NCBI RefSeq assembly: GCF_963921235.1
Contig: NC_086097.1
Location: forward strand, 207,764,001-207,828,000
Reading direction: 5' to 3'
From: Mobula hypostoma
Taxonomy: Eukaryota
Length of the DNA: 64,000 nt
Numbering within the stretch: position 1 is the first letter of the stretch; the number at the start of each line of letters is the position of its first letter. A program made the translations under genes and the position numbers. The notes beneath the pieces are model-generated. The model worked only from the letters and a program-made list of their open reading frames with translations. It was not told the DNA's origin and did no database searches. Shown here piece by piece: positions 55,400 through 64,000 of the stretch.

Positions 55400-58059
55400 C
55401 ATCAGCCCATGAGGCATTAATCGATCAGTTGCTATTTCCAGCTTTTCGTTATTTAGAAATAATTGTTATTACTTTTTACAGTCATAAAACCAATGATCTG
55501 ACGGATGAAGACACTGAGTTCCATTTGCTACAGTTCGCACCATTCACTTGATCTATTAATACCTCCTTGTAATTATAAAGACTGAGTCAGCATTATGTTG
55601 CATTTGCACGAGGAAGAAAACTGAGCAGCAAACAAGGCTGGTTAATTCACTGAAAGGAAAAACAAACAGAATATTTGCCTTTCCTCAAGTAATCCTTCAG
55701 TTCTGTGAGTGTTTACAAAGAACATAAGAAGCAATATATGATTACTTTCCTTTTTTCAAATTCCATTGAGAACCATAATTTTTGGAAACCATTTAAATCC
55801 CAAGTATTCAGGTGCTTCTTACATTTTGTCCCTTTTTTTTTAATCTAATGCTGCTTCAAAATTATATATTACAGGAAGAAGCAACTATTACATTGAAGTC
55901 TCATTTTTATTTACTTACAATTTCACAATTTTTTAAAGTCAGGACAACACATAATTTAGAATACAACTTCAAAGAACCATTAAATATTTCCTTACATCAA
56001 AAATAGCCAAGTATTTGCAACAGCAGGAAAAATAAAATTGGGGGGCCTTACATAAAACACACTCATAATTCTGAGCACTACATCAGTATTTTCAGTCACA
56101 TTGTACAGCAAAAATTGATGATGTTACTCTTTAATTAAGTGAGGACACGAATATGCTACAGTAACAGGAAAGACAAAACACTTGAAATTTTGCTAAGCTT
56201 ATTTTCAGCTTTGAAATTACATTTGATTACATTTGGAATAAAATTAAAGATATAAAGTTGTAATAGAGACTGATACTTAACCAATGAAACAAAGATTCTA
56301 TTATACATTGTGGATGGAAAATTTTGATTTCCATCCGGGCTTAGCAAAATGGCTCATGATGAATTTAATGTCTATTTTGTTCAAGCTGTACCATTACACG
56401 TTATTTGAGAAAAACTATTATTTGTTTTGCTGATCCAGACTTACTTTCCCTTGGGGAAAAAAAACCCAATATGTTATTTGAATCTCTATTCATGAATGTG
56501 CGGAAGCATTTGCACTATCTTTGAGTCATATGTTCAGTAAATGCTGTGCTACATCTACACTGCAGCTGAGAATCTTACTAGCATTCTTAAAATCCTGAAT
56601 GCATTCTTTTTACACAGTTAACTTGGTAAGTGAAAATATACATTTTTATTTGTCATATGTACTTCATATTTTATATTCAATTTATCTGCATTGCCCTAGA
56701 GATAGCCACACATGTTTTGATATATACTTCTTTATAAGATTGACACTTGATAGCTCCTTTTAACCTGGTTGAGGATTTGCACTTAAGATTTGCAAAAGGG
56801 CTACATCTTGCTGGCAATTATCGGCAGCTCTGAATAGAATCGCCAACACATTTAACTGGCCAGGCAAAGACATCTGCGCAATCTTGTCACACACAGATAT
56901 ACCGAGGAAGAGATGTGCCACGTCCATCTGTACAGTTTGAACTTCCACACACTAGAGACCAGCGTCAAAGCTGAACCTTATTGCAGTTCTAAGAATTTGT
57001 ATTGCTTGCCTGAGCTGACATTTCGTTGATTTTAATGCAGATTACAAAGGTGTGGTTAAATGGTAAAACAGATGCTTGTTTTTAATTATATGTTTTTAGG
57101 TGAGATTAACATCTACAAAGCCTCAGGCAGGACTTTGCCAGATATCAATGCTTTCAAGGGCCCGAGACAAAATTGAGAGCCAGTCCAGTGTACCAGCAAG
57201 AAAATAACCAACATAGTCTGTAGAAATTGCTTAATTTAGTAAAATTATCAATATTGACCATACCAATTAAGAAAACTATGGTACTTTCATCTCTATCAAG
57301 GGCAATTTGGGAGAAGAATATTCTCATCACACTACTGGGAAAACAAAAACCATGTCACTGGATCTGCGATGTCTTGGGCCAATACAATAGGCCCCTCACA
57401 TGCAGCAGGTAAGTAGGTGTGGGAAAAGCTTGGACAGAAATTGGTGGCAATAGCCTTGATCTAACAAGACTCACCCCATTACAATAATTCCATTTGGATT
57501 TTTTTTTTGCAAATATATGGCAAGCATCTCTCGAAATAATACCCTGGAATCACACAAAGATTCCAAATATGTCCGTTGCTGTGATGTGCCTGACAAACTA
57601 ATGTGATGCTCCATTTCCCACTAAATGGAAATGTTAAATGCAGACCCCTTCTGGAATACTGCCTAGATGATAAAACAGCAATCATGTGCAATTTTGTGCT
57701 GAAGGTAAGAACATAAAAAAAAACTTAGTCTCCTGTGCAAACGGATGTTTTAATCTCTTATTTAAGAGTGCTGGAAAGGTCCTCATATCTACTCTACAAG
57801 TTAATAAGATCATAGTTGATCGGATTATATTCTCAACTCAGAATTCCAATCTCCCTTTCTTCAGTGAAATCCACATACTTCTACTTTGAAAATTTTCATA
57901 AATTCTATTTCTGTTGGCTTTTGAGCAAGAGAGTTCCAAAGTCTCTTAGAAAAAAAAGAATCCCTTCATCTGCCTTTAATAAGTGACCCTTCATTTTTAA
58001 TTAGTGACCTCTAGTTCTAAATTGTCTCACAAGAGGAATCTTGCTCTCCACGTCAAGAA
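55400..58059 (-). other. Candidate oprk1 3' UTR
   Basis: Largely repeat-poor AT-rich stretch downstream of the stop. AATAAA on the minus strand at 56645-56650 and 55906-55911. The true 3' end is unknown. Confidence 0.4.
57790..58055 (-). mobile_element. Old CR1 3' end immediately after the second oprk1 stop
   Basis: Minus strand AGAACTAGAGGTCACTAATTAAAA (RTRGH-LK remnant), followed by a CR1-like 3' UTR. Confidence 0.55.
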
Positions 58060-58149
58060 CTAAACCACAGAAGTAATTTGAGTCAGTGCTACACTTTGGA
58101 AGTCATCTCTCACTTCTTGTGAGAAAGATGACATCTCCACTCCTAGTCA
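58060..58149 (-). other. oprk1: Putative stop-codon readthrough signal (TGA CTAG) and C-terminal extension X-LGVEMSSFSQEVRDDFQSVALTQITSVV*
   Basis: Minus strand reads GTA TGA CTA GGA GTG GAG ATG ... ACT TCT GTG GTT TAG: 28 sense codons (58146-58063), then TAG at 58062-58060. Confidence 0.85.
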
Positions 58150-58673
58150 TACCTCCTGGTTGGTATTCGCTGTGCTATGGTGAAATACTGCAGCATTCTG
58201 TGCGGCAGTCCTTACCCTGTTGCTCGTCTGCAACTCCAACTTCAGCCCTGAGGAGCAACAAAAATCTTTGAAACATCTTTTAAAATTTTCATCAAGGAAA
58301 GCATAGAGAATAGGGTTAAGGCTGCTGTTGGTGTATCCGAGAGCAACTGAGAAATAATAGCCAGCAGATACTGCCGAGGTGTTTGGCACCTTTACCATAA
58401 GCTCAACCAACACAAAAATGTGAATGGGAGTCCAACAGATGATAAAAACTGCAACAACAATGAGGACCATTCGTGTGATTCGTCGTAAGTTTCTGTCTTT
58501 CTCTCTGGAACCTGAGAGCAGTCTCACACTCTTTAGACGCAAGATCATCAAACTGTAGCATACAGAGATGATAAGAATGGGAATAACAAAGGCAAAGATG
58601 AACACAGAGATTTTCAGCACTGTGTCCCAGTAATTGTAAGGATGTGGGAACTGCAATGCACATTCAATTGTAT
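58147..58673 (-). CDS. oprk1: Kappa-type opioid receptor, terminal coding exon (ECL2 to C-terminus: TM5-TM7, helix 8); upstream exons lie beyond the right edge of the window
   Basis: Translation (D)[70 protein letters not shown]...[12 protein letters not shown]...[30 protein letters not shown]...NQEV*. Kappa-type hallmarks: [11 protein letters not shown] at the end of TM6, YYF in TM7, NSSLNPILY. Acceptor tttctcttattcaacAG at 58674-58675 (minus), phase 1, matching the usual opioid-receptor ECL2 intron. The first ~20 aa of the listed ORF are intronic. Confidence 0.93.
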
Positions 58674-58774
58674 CTGTTGAATAAGAGAAACAATAGGCTA
58701 TGGTTATGATGAAATCCATTTTTATCAGATACAAAACTATTACTTCTAACCATTATATCGATATATGGTTTTGG

Positions 58775-60862
58775 GTGGCACAGTAGTGTAGCGATTAGCA
58801 TAACATTGTTACGGCGCCAGTGACCCAGCTTCAATTTCCTCTGCTTCCTATCAGGAATTTATACCTCATCCTTGTGACTGTGTGAGTACAAAGTACAAAG
58901 TAAATTTATTATCGAAGTACATAAACAGTATGTCACCATATACAACCCTGAGATCTGTTTTCTTGCTCCCATACACAGTACATCTAAGAAACTGAATTAT
59001 CTTAAGACCATTAGACATAGAAGCAGATTTAGGCCATTCAACCCATTGAGTCTGCTCCACCATTTCATCATGGCTGATCCATTTCCCTCTCAACCCCACT
59101 CTCCTGCCTCCTCCCTATAACCCTTTCCACCCTGACTAATCAAGAACCTATCAACCACCGCCTTAAACACACCCAGAGACAAGACCTCCACAGACACTTG
59201 TTGCAACAAATTCCATAGCTTCACCAATCTCCGGCTGAAGAAATTCCTCCTCATCTCTATTCTAAATGGGCATCCCTCTATTTTGAGTCTGTGCCCTCTG
59301 GCCCAAGGCTCTCCCACCAAAGGAAACATCCTTTTCGCATCCACTCAATCTAGGCCTTTTAACGTTCAATAGGTTTCAATGAGATCCACCCTCATTCTTC
59401 TAAATTCCAGCACGTACAGGCCCAGAGCCTTCAATCACTGTTCATATAATAACCCTTTCATACCTGGAACCTCCTCAGAACCCTTTCCAATGTCAGCACA
59501 TCCCTTCTTAAATAAGGCGCCCAAATGGCCTAATTTCTGCTTCTATATCTTATGGTCTTAAAACTGATCACAGTATTCCAAGTGGGGCCTCAGCAGTGCC
59601 TTATAAGGCCTGAACATTATATCCTTTCTTTTATATTCTAGTCTTCTTGAAATGAACATATTGAAGTACATTGCATTTGCCTTCCTCACTAGTAATTCAG
59701 ACTACAAATTAACATTTAGGAGATCCTGCATGAGGAGCCCCTTTGCATCTTGGATTTTTGAATTTCCTCCCTGTTTAGAAAATAGTCTATGCTTTTATTC
59801 TTTCTACCAAAGTGCATGACCACGGGTCTGGATAGTGGGGGTCCCTGATGATGGACGCTGCTTTCCTGCGACAGTGCTTTGTGTAGGTATCCTCAATGGC
59901 GGGAGGACTTTACCCATGATGGACTGGGCTGGATCCACTCCTTCTTGTCGGATCTTCCATTCAAAGGCTTTGGTGTTTCCATACGAGACCGTAATGCAAG
60001 CAGTCAATAAACTCTCTACCAGACATCTATAGAAATTTGTCAGAGTTTTAGATGACATGCCAAGTCTTTGCAAGCTCATAAGGAAGTAGAGATGCTGCCG
60101 TGCCTTCTTCCTAATTGCGCTTACGTGCTGGACCCAAGATAGATCCTCTGAAATGACAGCACCGAGGAACTTTAAGTTGCTGACCCTCCGATGAGGACTG
60201 GCTCATGGTCCTCTGGTTTCCTCCTCCTGAAGTTAACAATTAGCTCCTTGGTCTTGCTGACATTAGGTGAGAGATTGCTGTTGTGGCACCACTCAGACAG
60301 ATTTTCAGTCTCCTCCTATATTCTGATTCGTCACCACCCGTGATTTGGCCATCGACAGTGACATCGTTAGCAAACTTAGCTGTGGCTTTGGAGCTGAGCT
60401 TCGCCTCGTGGTCATAAGTATAACGCGAGTCGAGCAGTGGACTAAATGTTCGCCCTTGTGGTGCACCTGTGCTGATGGAAATTGTGGAGAGAATATTGTT
60501 GCCAATCCAAACTGACTGGGATCTGCAAGTGAGGAAATCAAGGATCTTGTTGCACAAGGAGGTATTAAGGCCAAGGTCTTGAAGCAAAGAACATCCTGAT
60601 GTATGCATCTTTGCTGTTCAGATGTTCCAGGGTTGAGTGAAGAGCCAATGAAATGGCATCCACTGTGGACCTGTTGTGCTGATGGGCAAATTGGAGTGGA
60701 TCCAAGTCACTTCTTGGGCAAGTTACTTTCCTCTGGGTGCTCCCACATTCCAAAGGGATACAGGTTAGTAGGTTAATTAGTCACATGGGTATAATTGAGT
60801 AGCATGAGATCATTGGACTGTCAGGGCCTGTTACTGTTCTGTATCGCTATATAAAATAAAAA
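58775..60862. mobile_element. Three-level nest: V-SINE (+, 58775-58885 and 60725-60862) > Rex1/Babar (-, 58886-59000 and 59820-60720) > CR1 (-, ~59005-59820)
   Basis: The SINE head and V-domain are separated by ~1.8 kb; STGAPQG, DPLQFA (Rex); ARGHRLK, RRNFFS (CR1). Confidence 0.8.
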
Positions 60863-62297
60863 GAAAAAACATCTAACCGCTTGCAGTTGGAGTGGGGAAA
60901 GGGCTCTGAGTTCTTCACTCCAGTACAAACAAACAAAGCAGGAAATTAGTCAGTAAAACTGAACTAAAAGCAAAGTACATTTAACTAATGGCCCAATTAA
61001 TCTTGTTCTAATTTTTAAAAATTGGGACACGCTAGGAAATTGATATCTATCGAGCAAGAGGAAAGTATATTAACTTCAGCAAGCACTTTAAGTTTTGTTG
61101 CTAATTTTAATAGAATACTTCAAATAAAAATAAAGTCTGAATTATTGTGAACTTAATGGGAATTCGTGCATAACTGTGGCTTCACAGCTGGTAATTTTAG
61201 TGACTGTTTATTATTATCACAATAGTACTGCTCAGCCTTTAGCTTTTGGTGCCAAGATTCACTGATTTCAATTTAGAGGCTAATTGGAATGCAAATTATT
61301 TACTTAAGTGCAATTTTGATGTAGTTTTGGAGATAGATGCATTATGGAAACATTTGTAAAATTATCTTCGGAAACATTATATCAAATTTTATATAAAAGC
61401 AAATTATAACAATGATTTTGATTTTCATCTCGCAGCTTCATTTCTTCAAATAGATTAAGCGACATTTATTGAGAAATTGCAAACGGCATATGCCAAGTTG
61501 CTCTGCTTATTAATGATGCAATTTCAAATTCTCGTGTTTCAGCTCTTTGTACCAATGAAAGACTAGGATTTACTGATACAAAAAGGGCAGTAACTAAAAT
61601 TTAAAGGTATCCAAGTGTACCTGTTTATGTTCTCACTCTGCTCTCTTCAGGGATGTATCAAAAATTAAAATAGTCATTCATTTATTGTTTACCTATCCGT
61701 GTAATTAATTTAACCCTTATTTTCCTATTATACTGGCAGGTGAACTAGGAGTATGTTTTACTCTCTTCACTAACACAGATAAAGTACAGCTTTTCACATT
61801 TTGTCTATAATTTAGACTTCCATTAAAATTAGCAAAATTGAGGGAAAGGTTTTCTGTAGTAATTTTTAAAACATTGTAAAAGATGATGCATGTACACGAG
61901 TTCCCAAAAGAACACGACTGGTGTTCAAGGATCTAAACAGAAAGCAATTTTTTAAAAACCTTTAATTGTTCCTACAGCAATATCACAAAGCACAGATTTA
62001 AATTGTATCCAGCAAAGCAAGTCTTATCAATTAACATTAACAATCCATAACCAAACACAATCACAGACAAATAAAAAAACTCATTTATACATGTCACACC
62101 AGTTGACATTAAGTGTATATTATTAATACTTGAAAGTAATGGATTAATTTTAAAGAAAATCAATTTTAAAAAGTTAACTCAATCTAAAGGGATAAAAAGG
62201 TAGTTCAAAACTTTCTGGTAGGGAAAGATGCCGCTTATTGCAGAGTACCATGAGGATGAAAGCGCACGAGCTATAGCCAAATGTCTATTCCTCTGAT

Positions 62298-64000
62298 AGT
62301 CAAGGCAAGTCACTTTTTATTGATATTTCGACCATAACTGCTGGTACAGTACACAGTAAAAATGAGACGTTTTTCAGGACCATGGTGCTACATGAGACAA
62401 TACAAAAACTACACTGAACTACGTAAAACAACACTAGACTACAGACTACCCAGGACTGCATAAAGTGCACAAAACAGTGCAGGAATTACCATAACTTTGT
62501 CACATGGTGTGAGCAGAATTATCTGCAGCTTAATGTGAAAAAGACTAAGGAGCTGGTAGTAGACCTGAAGAGAGCTAAGGTACCAGTGACCCCTGTTTCC
62601 ATCCAGGGGGTCAGTGTGGACATGGTGGAGGATTACAAATACCTGGGGATACGAATTGACAATAAACTGGACTGGTCAAAGAACACTGAGGCTGTCTACA
62701 AGAAGGGTCAGAGCCGTCTCTATTTCCTGAGGAGACTGAGGTCCTTTAACATCTGCCAGACGATGCTGAGGATGTTCTACGAGTCTGTGGTGGCCAGTGC
62801 TATCATGTTTGCTGTTGTGTGCTGGGGCAGCAGGCTGAGGGTAGCAGACACCAACAGAATCAACAAACTTATTCGTAAGGCCAGAGATGTTGTGGGGATG
62901 GAACTGGACTCTCTGATGGTGGTGTCTGAAAAGAGGATGCTGTCTAAGTTGCATGCCATCTTGGTCAATGTCTCCCATCCACTACATAATGTATTGGGTG
63001 GGCACAGGAGTACATTCATCCAGAGACTCATTCCTCCAAGATGCAGCACAGAGCGTCATAGGAAGTCATTCCTGCCTGTGGCCATCAAACTTTACAACTC
63101 CTCCCTTGCAGGGTCAGACACCCTGTGCCGATAGGCTGGTCCTGGACTTATTTCATAATTTACTGGCATAATTTACATATTACTATTTAACTATTTATGG
63201 TTCTATTGCTATTTATTATTTATGGTGCAACTGTAACGAAAACCAATATCCCCCGGGATCAATAAAGTATGAATATGACTATGACTATGATGATGACAAT
63301 AAATAATAAACAAGACAATAGGCACAGTAGAGGGCAGTAGGCTGGTGTCAGTCCAGGCTCTGCGAATTGAGGAATCTGATGGCTTGGGGGAAGAAACTGT
63401 TACATAGTCTGGCCGTGAGAGCCCGGATGCTTCAGTGCCTTTTGCCAGATGGCAGGAAGGAGAAGAGTTTGTATGAGGGGTGTGTGGGGTCCTTCATAAT
63501 GCTGTTTGCTTTGCAGATGCAGTGTGTGGTGTAAATATCTGTAATGGTGGGAAGAGAGACCCTGATGATCTTCTCAGCTGACCTCGTTATCTGCTGCAGG
63601 GTCTTGCGATCCAAGATGGTGCAATTTCCGAACCAGGCAGTGATGCAGCTGCTCAGGATGCTCTCGATACATCCTCTGTAGAATATGGTGAGGATGGGGG
63701 GTGGGAGATGGACTTTTCTCAGCCTTCGCAGAAAGTAGAGACGCTGCTGGGCTTTCTTGGCTATGGAGCTGGTGTTGAGGGATCAGGTGAAATTCTCCGC
63801 CAGGTGAACACCAAGAAACACGTCATCATGAAGTGTTTCGAGAGGCTTGTCATGGGGCACATCAAGACCCTGCTGCCCCCCTCACTGGACCGCCTGCAGT
63901 TCACGTATCGTCCCAACCGTTCAACAGACATCTCCATCACCCTCCACCTGGCCCTAACCCACCTGGACAAAAAAAGACACCGACGTTCAAATGCTGTTCC
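62298..64000 (-). mobile_element. Rex1/Babar element with a 5' inversion (3' part minus strand 62298-63818; RT part plus strand 63819-64000)
   Basis: Minus strand FLGVHLAEN...[13 protein letters not shown]; plus strand [15 protein letters not shown]...[12 protein letters not shown]. Confidence 0.8.
62487..63291 (+). mobile_element. Young Rex1/Babar 3' fragment inserted in another LINE's 3' UTR
   Basis: Uninterrupted 199-aa ORF KTKELVVD...YKYLG...[12 protein letters not shown]; (ATGACT)n tail. Confidence 0.9.

Larger units (their letters stand above)
58674..64000 (-). other. oprk1: oprk1 intron upstream of the last coding exon (continues past the window)
   Basis: Lies 5' of the splice acceptor. 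No TM1-TM4 coding sequence is recognisable in the window. Confidence 0.75.

Noticed and set aside
58674..58734. N-terminal [20 protein letters not shown] of the 195-aa ORF as a real start
   Set aside because: It lies upstream of a canonical acceptor at the conserved opioid-receptor intron position, so it is intronic read-in

Overview
Vertebrate genomic DNA, most likely a cartilaginous fish (ray or shark). That assignment is inferred from the repeat families (CR1, Rex1/Babar, V-domain tRNA SINEs, Penelope-like elements) and from the receptor sequence. The only host gene I can support is the last coding exon of a kappa-type opioid receptor (oprk1, minus strand, 58673-58147), with its upstream intron to the right and a probable 3' UTR to the left. 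The remaining ~55 kb looks intergenic and is dense with decayed and nested transposons. The main finding is that the oprk1 stop codon sits in the readthrough context TGA-CTAG. It is followed by an open 28-codon extension ending in a class I PDZ-ligand-like motif (ITSVV*), and by a predicted 17-bp stem-loop starting 7 nt after the stop. The second finding is a set of Penelope-like element ends carrying minimal hammerhead-ribozyme motifs, including a 1.3-kb foldback insertion with a perfect 15-bp target-site duplication. Repeat boundaries were read by eye and are approximate unless a TSD or terminus is quoted.
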